NCBI GenBank assembly: GCA_052390235.1
Contig: JBQTHB010000007.1
Coordinates: forward strand, 32,001 to 96,000
DNA: 64,000 nucleotides
Source of the DNA: Deltaproteobacteria bacterium
Lineage (GTDB): Bacteria; Desulfobacterota_D; UBA1144; Nemesobacterales; CSP1-2
Direction of reading: 5' to 3'
The stretch's first letter is position 1. Each line of letters begins with the position of its first letter. Below the pieces are notes generated by a model that was given only the letters and a program-made list of their open reading frames with translations, did no database searches and was not told the origin of the DNA. The translations under genes and the position numbers were made by a program. Shown piece after piece: positions 55,802 to 64,000 of this stretch.

Positions 55802-57001
55802 CTACTTCATAGAGTCCGAATCTGGAGGATTAGCTAGCCCTATCCATCCCCAAATTAATATAAGCGCGACGCTCGCAACTATCGGTAGCCTGTGATTCGC
55901 GTCATAGAGAATGCCGGCGAGCATCCCCCCGACGGCGGAGCCTAAAAATCCGGCGAGATTATAAAATCCAGTTGCCGAGCCGCGCTGCGCGGGGTTTACC
56001 CTCTGCGTCAGGAACGCGGGCAGAAGCGATTGAAACAGCGTGTGCCCGAGGAAGAACACTATTCCCGTCCCAAGGAGCGTCCATCTGTGAGCCCCGCCAA
56101 CGAGATAGGCAACAAAACTCAGTACGAGAAAAACCCAGCCCAAAAGGGACGGTATCCTGAGTTTTCCCCTTTTTTCTGCGCGCCTCACGTAGGGAAACAC
56201 GAAAAGAGCCGTGGGTAGCAGAAGTATGAGGTAAACCTTCCAGAGGCTCTCCCCGCCAACGCCGATTTCGCTCCAACTGAGCGGATATATGAAGAGGAAT
56301 ACGTTCAGCGCGAGGGCGATGATAAACGAGGCGAGATAGAGCTTTTTTATCTCTGAGTCGTTAATTAGCCCTGAGAACTGTGATTTCCATCCTGCGTTTG
56401 AGGATTTCGCCGAGCCGATTTCGGGGAAATAGAGCGCCGTTACAATCATCGAAAAAACGCTGAGCGCGGCAAGAGCGTAGAACAGGCTATGAAACCCGAA
56501 ACGCGATGCGATAATGGGCCCACCCAAAAGCCCCACGATGAAAGAAACCCCGATGGCGATGCCGCTTATGGTGAAAGCCTGCGCGCGCACCTGAGGTCTC
56601 GTTAAATCCCCCAAAGCCGCCATTGCCACAGCGCCTACAGCCCCGCTTCCCTGGAGGACGCGCGCGAGAATAAGCTGGTTGATATTCTCGGCTAATCCGC
56701 AGACGACGCTCCCCAGAGCCAGTATGAATAGCCCGAAGAGGATGACCGGCTTTCTGCCAAACCTGTCGCTCGCCCATCCGAAGGGTATTTGTAGAAAGCT
56801 CTGCGCGAGGGCGTAGATGCCAAACGCAATGCCGGCGAGGCTGACAGTCGCTCCGGGGTACTGCACGGCGTAGGTGCTGAATATGGGCAGAATGAGAAAT
56901 ATGCCCAGAAGCCGCAGGGCGATGATGAGGCTGGTTATCGTAACTGCCTGCTTTTCTTGATGAGTTAGCTTTGAGTCGGGGTTCAGGGTGGTGTCCGCCA
57001 T
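55802..57001 (-). CDS. MFS transporter (YajR-like)
   Basis: LRLLGIFLILP, SDRFGRKP and about 12 TM helices. Confidence 0.9.
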   Translation of the reverse strand: MADTTLNPDSKLTHQEKQAVTITSLIIALRLLGIFLILPIFSTYAVQYPGATVSLAGIAFGIYALAQSFLQIPFGWASDRFGRKPVILFGLFILALGSVVCGLAENINQLILARVLQGSGAVGAVAMAALGDLTRPQVRAQAFTISGIAIGVSFIVGLLGGPIIASRFGFHSLFYALAALSVFSMIVTALYFPEIGSAKSSNAGWKSQFSGLINDSEIKKLYLASFIIALALNVFLFIYPLSWSEIGVGGESLWKVYLILLLPTALFVFPYVRRAEKRGKLRIPSLLGWVFLVLSFVAYLVGGAHRWTLLGTGIVFFLGHTLFQSLLPAFLTQRVNPAQRGSATGFYNLAGFLGSAVGGMLAGILYDANHRLPIVASVALILIWGWIGLANPPDSDSMK

Positions 57002-57134
57002 TGGGGATTGAAGGGATTTGTCCGGCTAAGGGGCCAGCGCATAGTTAATTTACCATATCGGGCGGGTAATTAAAGTTCCCCCCCCGCTCCTCAGTATTTG
57101 CTTACGCGCCCGTGGTTGGTTAGTTTAGTCTCTC

Positions 57135-58304
57135 ATGAACCGAGACGAATTGAACGGAAAACCGCTTGCGTCCTACCGCGAGGAGTTTTCGATAACTGAA
57201 AAACGCCTATATCTCGACCATGCCGGAGTCGCCCCGCTACCGAGTAGGGTCAAGCGCGCAGTCGAGGGATTTATTGAATCTGCGTCCGACGATGCGATGT
57301 TTGCCTACGACACTTGGACGGCAAAGGTTGAAGAGGTCAGGGGGGCGGCGGCGCGGTTGATTAACGCCGAGCCGCAAGACGTTGCGTTTCTCAAGAACAC
57401 ATCGCACGGGCTGTCCATTATAGCCGAGGGGCTGGATTGGCGGGAGGGGGACAACGTCATCATCGCCGAGCGGGATTTTCCCTCGAATCTCTACCCGTGG
57501 CTTCATCTGAAGCGAAAGGGGGTTGAGGCGAGGAGCGTTAAGCCGCGGGGAGTCGAAATCTGCGTTGAGGACGTTGCCGCGCTCATGGACGAGCGCACGA
57601 GGGTCGTGAGCATAAGCTCGGTGCAGTTTTGGAGCGGCTACAGGGTGAATCTCAAAAAGCTGGGCGCGCTTTGCAGGGAGCGCGGCGCGCTTTTCTGCCT
57701 TGACGCCATTCAGAGTCTCGGCGTCGTGCCAACTGACGTTCGGGATTTAGGGGTTGATGTTCTCTCGGCGGACGGGCATAAGTGGCTACTTGCGCCGGAG
57801 GGGACTGCGATATTCTACTGCAAAAGGGAATTGGCAGAACGCGTCCCGCCGATGCTTGTGGGCTGGAAGAGCATCCAAAACGAACTCGACTACGATAACT
57901 TTGATTTCTCTCTCAAGCCGAGCGCGCTTAAGTACGAGGAGGGGTCGCTCAACGTCATGGGGATTTACGCCCTCGGAGCGGCGCTTGAGCTTCTCGCCGA
58001 GGTCGGAGCAGATAGGGTTTACGCCGGAGTGATTGAGCTTGGGGGGGTAATTATGGATGAAGCCGAAAAAAGGGGGTTTCACGTGAGAACCCCCCGAAAC
58101 CCCGACGAGCGCGCGGGGATAATATCGTTCACGGGCGAATTTGACCCTCTCCTGCTGAAAGAGACACTCAAGGAGCGGGGAATTATGATAAATGTCAGGG
58201 GAGGGGGCGTGCGCGTGTCTCCTCATTTCTATAACGACGAGCGGGATATTGAGAGGTTATTTGACGGAATAGACGAATCCCTAAAATCCCTCGCCATGCG
58301 CTGA
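57135..58304 (+). CDS. PLP-dependent aminotransferase class V
   Basis: YLDHAG, NTSHG, DAIQSLG, DGHKWL and RVSPHFYN motifs. Confidence 0.92.
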   Translation: MNRDELNGKPLASYREEFSITEKRLYLDHAGVAPLPSRVKRAVEGFIESASDDAMFAYDTWTAKVEEVRGAAARLINAEPQDVAFLKNTSHGLSIIAEGLDWREGDNVIIAERDFPSNLYPWLHLKRKGVEARSVKPRGVEICVEDVAALMDERTRVVSISSVQFWSGYRVNLKKLGALCRERGALFCLDAIQSLGVVPTDVRDLGVDVLSADGHKWLLAPEGTAIFYCKRELAERVPPMLVGWKSIQNELDYDNFDFSLKPSALKYEEGSLNVMGIYALGAALELLAEVGADRVYAGVIELGGVIMDEAEKRGFHVRTPRNPDERAGIISFTGEFDPLLLKETLKERGIMINVRGGGVRVSPHFYNDERDIERLFDGIDESLKSLAMR

Positions 58305-58360
58305 AACCGGTTTGCGTTTCTGGAGTTAAAATTAACAAACTAAAAATCTGCGAGGATAAG

Positions 58361-58900
58361 ATGAAAATTCACAAGCGTCCGATGTTCTTCGGGTTGATAC
58401 TATTGGCTTTTTTTACCCTGACCTCCTGCGCCGGCTATCAAACCGTGGGACAGCCCCTGCCGCCTCCTGCGCCCCTGCCCGTCCCCGACGAGCCGGTGAT
58501 TTCTGAATCCCCAACGGAGCTAAAAATTCAGCTCGACGGCGACGTTCTCTTTGATTTTGACAGAGCGATAATCCGTCCCAAAGCCGATGCTGTGCTTGAG
58601 CAAGTCGCCGAGATTATCAAGCAGTATCAAAACCCCGATATTCTCATCGGGGGGCATACCGACTCCAGAGGCGAAGAGAACTATAACCTCGACCTCTCCG
58701 ACAGGCGCGCCGTTGCCGTTAAGGACTGGCTCATAAAAAAGGGCAGGGTGTCGGGAAGAATAGTTACCCGCGGATACGGCGAGCTTAAACCCGTAGCCCC
58801 GAACGAAAATCCAGACGGAAGCGACAACCCCGAAGGTAGGCAGTCGAACCGCCGAGTGGAAATTATCGTGAAAAAAGAGACTTTCTCGCCGAAAAGCTAG
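58361..58900 (+). CDS. OmpA-family peptidoglycan-binding lipoprotein
   Basis: Lipobox LTSC, Pro-rich linker, LFDFD, GHTD, NLDLSDRRA and NRRVEI. Confidence 0.92.
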   Translation: MKIHKRPMFFGLILLAFFTLTSCAGYQTVGQPLPPPAPLPVPDEPVISESPTELKIQLDGDVLFDFDRAIIRPKADAVLEQVAEIIKQYQNPDILIGGHTDSRGEENYNLDLSDRRAVAVKDWLIKKGRVSGRIVTRGYGELKPVAPNENPDGSDNPEGRQSNRRVEIIVKKETFSPKS

Positions 58901-58950
58901 ACAATCCAATTGGGGGATGAGAGGCGAGGCGCTCTTTACCTCTCCCCTCC

Positions 58951-59964
58951 CTACGGTTTTTTGGAGCCGGAATCAGAGACCCTGCCCGCGATTTTATCGA
59001 GAGCCTCATCAACCGTAATCTCGTTTTTATCCGCCGCTTTTTTGACGGAGGCTAAAATTTCATTCGTCGCCCCGGCTTCCGGCAATTTCGTGGCTTCCCC
59101 CGCGCTGATGCTCACATTCGAGGTTGGCATCTCGATACCGCGCTGGTCGAAGGCGTTTTTGATTCTGCGCCTCAGTTCCCTGCCCACATCCCACTGCTTC
59201 ATGGGCTGGGTTTTAACCAGGCATCTGACCACGACCTCCGAGGGCCCAAATCTGTCAACGCCCAAAACAAGAGGCGGCTCTAGGATGAACGAGGCGAAAT
59301 TCTCGTCCTTTGATAATTTCTCGCCGACCTCTCTTATGACCCGCATCACATAGTCAATGTTTTCCTTGTAGCCCACGCCTACGTCTATCACGCACCTAGA
59401 CCAGCCCATGCTCTTGTTGCCGAGCGTGCTTATCGTGCCATTGGGAAATACATAGACCGTCCCTTCGATGTCTCTCACTACAATGGTTCTGAGGTTTATC
59501 TCTTCCACAGAGCCGCTCACGCCGTTTATAACGACGGCGTCCCCGATGCGCACTTGGTTCTCCATGATGATGAAAAATCCGCTGATGATGTCCCGCACGA
59601 GGTTCTGAGAGCCAAAACCGACGGCTAAGCCTAGGATTCCCGCTCCTGCAATTATGGGGGCGATGTCCACCCCGACCTCTTTGAATATCATCATAAAGGC
59701 GATGATAAAAACGGCGACAGTAGCCGCTTTTCTGAGCAGATTTCCGAGGGTTTTTATCCTTTTTTCGGTCTCAATGGCGGATGTGAACCCGCCCTCTTTG
59801 CGTGCAGCGAGGGCTTCAACCCTTCCCACTAGAGTCGAGAGGAATTTGAGCGCGATATAGGCGGCGGCGGCGATAATGAGGATTCTCAAGCCAGAAGCGG
59901 CGGCTGTGGCGGTGGCGGCGCTCAGAGCATCATGGGATAACAAATTTGACAGCAAACCGGACAT
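58951..59964 (-). CDS. Small-conductance mechanosensitive channel (MscS/YbiO-like)
   Basis: GLAVGFGSQNLVRD, GSVEEINLR and FPNG motifs. Confidence 0.92.
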   Translation of the reverse strand: MSGLLSNLLSHDALSAATATAAASGLRILIIAAAAYIALKFLSTLVGRVEALAARKEGGFTSAIETEKRIKTLGNLLRKAATVAVFIIAFMMIFKEVGVDIAPIIAGAGILGLAVGFGSQNLVRDIISGFFIIMENQVRIGDAVVINGVSGSVEEINLRTIVVRDIEGTVYVFPNGTISTLGNKSMGWSRCVIDVGVGYKENIDYVMRVIREVGEKLSKDENFASFILEPPLVLGVDRFGPSEVVVRCLVKTQPMKQWDVGRELRRRIKNAFDQRGIEMPTSNVSISAGEATKLPEAGATNEILASVKKAADKNEITVDEALDKIAGRVSDSGSKKP

Positions 59965-60133
59965 TCTCTCGGATTTACCTCCTTAGCTGATTTGCCGGCC
60001 GGAGCTTGAAACGGCTTCAGGGCAGATGAGCCGCTGGGGGGTTAATTTTCTCGGCAATTATAACCACAGCGTCTCGATTAACCAAATCCCCGTGAATTTG
60101 CAACTCCCTTTGCGGTGATATAAAATCCCCTCC

Positions 60134-61204
60134 ATGGCTGGAAATTCATTCGGGCAGGTTTTTCGCATTACCACTTGGGGCGAGTCCCATGGGGCGGCTC
60201 TGGGGGTCGTCGTTGACGGCTGTCCTGCGGGGCTTCTGATAGAGGAGGCGGATATTCAACTCGAATTAGACCGCCGCCGTCCCGGGCAAAGCGCCCTCAC
60301 CACCCAGAGAAAAGAGGCGGACAGGGTCGAAATCCTATCCGGCGTGTTTCAGGGAAAAACCCTCGGCACTCCAATCGCCCTTCTCGTGAGAAACGAAGAC
60401 GCCATCTCGAAATCCTACGAGGATATAAGGGATATTTACCGCCCAGGACATGCCGATTTTACATATGACGCCAAGTACGGATTCCGGGACTATAGGGGCG
60501 GAGGCAGGTCTTCGGCTAGGGAGACCGTAGGCAGAGTCGCCGCCGCCGCAATAGCCAAAAAAATTCTCAATCTCCACGGAATTACAACTACGGGCTACGT
60601 CAGGCAAATAGGAAACATCATTGCCGAGCGAATTGATTTTGACTACATCGAGCAGAACCCCGCCAGATGTCCAGACCCGGATAAAGCGGCGCAGATGGCG
60701 AAACTCATTGATACGGTCAGGCGCGAGGGGGATTCCATAGGGGGCATAGTTGAGGTCGTCTCGAGAGGAGTACCCGAAGGGTTGGGAGACCCGGTGTTCC
60801 ATAAAATTGACGCAGACCTCGCGGCGGGGCTTATGAGCATAGGCGGAATCAGGGCGTTTGAGGTCGGAATGGGTTTCGGCGTTGCGAGCAAAAGGGGGTC
60901 TGAGGTAAACGACCTGATGTACTCAGATGATTCGGGCAACCTCGGATTTATGACGAATAATTCGGGCGGCATCCTCGGCGGCATCACGAGCGGGGCTGAG
61001 ATGGTCGTGAGAATTGCTGTAAAGCCCACGTCCTCCATCCCAAAGGTGCAAAAAACCGTTGATAGGTTCGGCAATCCGGCGGATTTAGTCGTCAAGGGCA
61101 GACACGACCCGTGCCTGTGTCCTAGAGCCGTGCCGATAGCCGAGGCGATGGTGAATCTGGTGCTGGCGGATCATCTACTGATGTCCAAAATTGCGAGAAT
61201 CTAG
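60134..61204 (+). CDS. aroC: Chorismate synthase
   Basis: GESHG, RPGHAD, RSSARET, KPTSSI and GRHDPC motifs. Confidence 0.98.
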   Translation: MAGNSFGQVFRITTWGESHGAALGVVVDGCPAGLLIEEADIQLELDRRRPGQSALTTQRKEADRVEILSGVFQGKTLGTPIALLVRNEDAISKSYEDIRDIYRPGHADFTYDAKYGFRDYRGGGRSSARETVGRVAAAAIAKKILNLHGITTTGYVRQIGNIIAERIDFDYIEQNPARCPDPDKAAQMAKLIDTVRREGDSIGGIVEVVSRGVPEGLGDPVFHKIDADLAAGLMSIGGIRAFEVGMGFGVASKRGSEVNDLMYSDDSGNLGFMTNNSGGILGGITSGAEMVVRIAVKPTSSIPKVQKTVDRFGNPADLVVKGRHDPCLCPRAVPIAEAMVNLVLADHLLMSKIARI

Positions 61205-61294
61205 CTGGGGCTAGATCTGTCATATATCGCAAGGTGAACTATCTAAAATTTACGGATGCGATAATTCGAGGCAAAAAATCTTTTGGAGGCAGTC

Positions 61295-61819
61295 ATGAGG
61301 CTCAAGGGTAAAAAAGCCGTCGTGCTGGCGGAAAATATTTATGAGGATTTAGAACTCTGGTATCCGTACTACCGCCTCAGGGAAGAGGGCGCCGAGGTTC
61401 TCATCGCAGGCACTGGAAGCTCCGAGACTTACACGGGCAAGCACGGCTATCCGCTCAAGGTCAATACCTCGGCGGATAAAGTCCGGGCAGAGGATTTCGA
61501 CTGCGTGATAATCCCTGGCGGCTATGCTCCCGACCATATGCGCCGCTATCCTGCGGTGCTGAATTTGGTCAAGGGCGCGTTGGAGCGAGGCGCTGTAGTC
61601 GGGGCAATATGCCATGCCGGATGGGTGCTGGTCTCGGCAAACGTGCTGAAAGGCAGAAAAGTAACGTGCTACGTCGCCATTAAAGACGATATAATTAACG
61701 CCGGAGCCGAGTACACGGACGCCGAAGTTATCAGAGACGGCAATCTCATTACGTCCAGAAGACCGGCCGATTTGCCCGCTTTCATGCGTGAGATTATTGC
61801 CGCCATGAGCGGGTCGTGA
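61295..61819 (+). CDS. PfpI/DJ-1 family type 1 glutamine amidotransferase-like protein
   Basis: EDLEL, IPGGYAPD, AICHAG and ITSRRPADL motifs. ATG 61295 follows GGAGG. Confidence 0.92.
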   Translation: MRLKGKKAVVLAENIYEDLELWYPYYRLREEGAEVLIAGTGSSETYTGKHGYPLKVNTSADKVRAEDFDCVIIPGGYAPDHMRRYPAVLNLVKGALERGAVVGAICHAGWVLVSANVLKGRKVTCYVAIKDDIINAGAEYTDAEVIRDGNLITSRRPADLPAFMREIIAAMSGS

Positions 61820-61869
61820 GGGCGGCGCGCTTTCTTGACAATCAGTGCGTATAACATAGTCTATTAACA

Positions 61870-62226
61870 ATGGCTTCCGCTTATATTCCGATACTTATAA
61901 TACTCGTTCTCTCGGTCGGCTTAGCCGCCCTGCTGATTACTATCTCTCACTTTTTGGGGCCTAAACGCTATGAAAAGGGGAAGCTCTCGCCCTATGAGTG
62001 CGGGGTCAAGCCCGTGGGCGACGCGAGGGAGAGGTTCTCGATGCGATATTACGTTATAGCCGCCCTTTTCATATTATTCGACGTCGAGATTGTATTTTTA
62101 TTTGCGTGGGCGGTTGTATTTAAAAAACTCGGCGTGCTTGCCTTTGTTGAGATAATAGCGTTTTTCATCGTCATCCTAGCCGGTTATTTCTATGTTCTGA
62201 AGAAGGAGGCGCTCAAATGGGAGTGA
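61870..62226 (+). CDS. nuoA: NADH-quinone oxidoreductase subunit A
   Basis: PYECG and FILFDVE motifs; terminal LKWE. Confidence 0.96.
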   Translation: MASAYIPILIILVLSVGLAALLITISHFLGPKRYEKGKLSPYECGVKPVGDARERFSMRYYVIAALFILFDVEIVFLFAWAVVFKKLGVLAFVEIIAFFIVILAGYFYVLKKEALKWE

Positions 62227-62696
62227 ATTCTGCACTAGGCGGCGAGGGGTTCTTGCTCACGCAAATAAGCGCCGTCGCAAATTGGGGAAGAAAAAACAGC
62301 CTCTGGCCCATGCCGTTTGGGACGGCTTGCTGCGCCATAGAGATGATGGGAGTTTTTGCTTCTCGGTTTGACCTCTCGAGGTTCGGCGCCGAGGTTGCCA
62401 GGTTTTCTCCGCGCCAAGCTGACCTCATGATAGTCTCAGGCACGATAACCTATAAAATGGCTTCTGTCTGCCGCAAGATTTACGACCAGATGCCCAATCC
62501 CAAGTGGGTTATTGCGATGGGTTCTTGCACCTGCGGCGGGGGCCCCTTTGACAGCTACGCCGTTGTGCAGGGGATTGACGAGTTTCTGCCCGTTGACGTC
62601 TATGTCGGCGGATGCCCTCCGAGACCCGAAGCTGTGATTGACGCAGTTATGAAGATACAGAAAAAAATTGACATCGAAGGGGCGCCAATAGTATGA
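62217..62696 (+). CDS. nuoB: NADH-quinone oxidoreductase subunit B
   Basis: ACCAIEM, SPRQAD and GCPPRPE motifs. Confidence 0.97.
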   Translation: MGVNSALGGEGFLLTQISAVANWGRKNSLWPMPFGTACCAIEMMGVFASRFDLSRFGAEVARFSPRQADLMIVSGTITYKMASVCRKIYDQMPNPKWVIAMGSCTCGGGPFDSYAVVQGIDEFLPVDVYVGGCPPRPEAVIDAVMKIQKKIDIEGAPIV

Positions 62697-63208
62697 GCTT
62701 TAGCGCGCAAGCCGCCGTTGATGCGATAGGGCAGGCGTTCCCCGGAGCGGTCTCGGATGCCTCTGTGTTCAGGGGCGAGACGACGGTTTTCATTGATAAA
62801 GGGAAAGTCCGCACGGTCTGCCAATATCTAAAATCAGAGCTTAAATTCACCCTCATCGCCGACATCACCGCTGTGGACTATTTGGGAGTGAAATCCCCGC
62901 GATTTGAGATGGTTTACCTCCTCCATAGATTCGGCGCTGACTTCGATGAGAATATTAGGCTCAGGCTAAAGGCGGCTCTAAGCGAGGAGGACGCTAAAAT
63001 TGATTCAGTAACTCCAGTATGGAGCGGCGCGGATTGGCTAGAGAGAGAGATTTTCGATATGTTCGGGATTGAATTCGCCGGTCATCCAGACCTGAGGCGA
63101 ATCCTAATGCCGGAGGATTACGAGCCTTTCCCGCTCAGAAAGGATTTCGACGTTAGAGACCGCGAGGCTTCCAAACGCTCTTTTAAGAGGGCTTTGGAAG
63201 AGGGTTAG
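62693..63208 (+). CDS. nuoC: NADH-quinone oxidoreductase subunit C
   Basis: [20 protein letters not shown] and PLRKDF motifs. Confidence 0.96.
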   Translation: MSFSAQAAVDAIGQAFPGAVSDASVFRGETTVFIDKGKVRTVCQYLKSELKFTLIADITAVDYLGVKSPRFEMVYLLHRFGADFDENIRLRLKAALSEEDAKIDSVTPVWSGADWLEREIFDMFGIEFAGHPDLRRILMPEDYEPFPLRKDFDVRDREASKRSFKRALEEG

Positions 63209-63226
63209 TTTTTTTCCGAGAAACCT

Positions 63227-64000
63227 ATGGAACGCATAGAATTTATTGCTGATAACGAGGGAGTGCAAAAGGGCGTCGTCCGTACTGAGACCATGATGCT
63301 CAACATGGGTCCTCAGCACCCGTCCACTCACGGCGTGCTAAGGGTTGTCCTTCAGCTTGACGGCGAGGTGGTGGTAAAGGCTATCCCCTACGTAGGCTAC
63401 CTCCACAGGGGGATTGAAAAGCTCTGCGAGAATATCACCTATCAGATGTGCCTCCCCTACACGGACAGGATGGATTATCTCGCCTCTATTTGCAACAACA
63501 TCGGCTACATCCTAGCCGTTGAGAAACTGCTCGGAATCGAAAAAGAGATACCAGAGCGGGCTAAGGTCGCCGAGGTCATCCTATTTGAGCTAGGGCGGAT
63601 AGAATCTCACCTAGTCGGCATCGGCACAAACGCCATGGATCTTGGGGCGATGAGCGCGTTTCTGTACTGCTTCAAGGAGCGCGAGAGAATTTATGACATC
63701 CTTGAGATGGTCTGCGGGGCGAGGCTCACCACTTCATACCCAAGGATAGGGGGGCTTCCCGACGACCTGCCCGAGAATTTTGAAGAGGCGATACGCAGTT
63801 TTCTCAAAATTTTCCCCAAAACCCTCGCCGAAGCCGATAAGCTGCTTACGAGAAATAGAATCTGGGTAGATAGGACTAAGTCGGTTGCCTACATAAGCGC
63901 GCAGGACGCCCTCGATTTGGGGCTTACCGGACCTGCCCTTCGTGGAAGCGGCGTTCCCTACGATGTGAGGAAGGCAATGCCATACCTCGGATACGAGAAT
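63227..64000 (+). CDS. nuoD: NADH-quinone oxidoreductase subunit D (runs off the window)
   Basis: Manual translation from ATG 63227 gives ...LNMGPQHPSTHGVLR...GYLHRGIEK...DRMDY. Confidence 0.95.
   Translation, partial: MERIEFIADNEGVQKGVVRTETMMLNMGPQHPSTHGVLRVVLQLDGEVVVKAIPYVGYLHRGIEKLCENITYQMCLPYTDRMDYLASICNNIGYILAVEKLLGIEKEIPERAKVAEVILFELGRIESHLVGIGTNAMDLGAMSAFLYCFKERERIYDILEMVCGARLTTSYPRIGGLPDDLPENFEEAIRSFLKIFPKTLAEADKLLTRNRIWVDRTKSVAYISAQDALDLGLTGPALRGSGVPYDVRKAMPYLGYEN

Noticed and set aside
69..63331. Numerous antisense or overlapping ORFs in the six-frame track (for example 414-821, 18618-19166, 38382-38894, 61349-61870)
   Set aside because: They are shadows of well-supported genes in other frames, with no motifs or SD of their own.

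Overview
A gene-dense bacterial chromosomal segment of roughly 50-55% GC (judged by eye), mostly housekeeping. Gene content and protein style suggest a deltaproteobacteria-like lineage, possibly Candidatus Dadabacteria; this is inference, not a search result. Recognisable genes: ddl (partial), a thiolase, tRNA-Val(CAC), efp, yacG, malic enzyme, hisS, nadE, mlaE, pit, a System I*-type ccmABCDEF operon, rsmE, a cobA-hemD fusion, an orphan nuoN, photolyase, menG/ubiE, metF, aroC and nuoABCD (nuoD partial). I found no CRISPR array, prophage or transposase. Most interesting items: (1) an operon with two Fur boxes encoding ApbE, a porin, an FMN-binding (TGAT) protein and a His-rich membrane protein, which looks like a flavinylation-based iron-acquisition or redox module; (2) a candidate Fur-repressed small RNA or attenuator in front of it; (3) a nearly passenger-less autotransporter barrel paired with a secreted Sel1/coiled-coil/caspase protein, converging on a long TPR protein with a degenerate TIR/NDT-like head; (4) an AT-rich interval with a parS-like palindrome and DnaA-box-like sites, a candidate oriC away from dnaA; (5) an EF-P with Gln at the Lys34 position; (6) a CDF transporter that appears to need an ATC start codon; (7) several apparently leaderless genes; (8) a mosaic of REP/MITE-like palindromic repeats.
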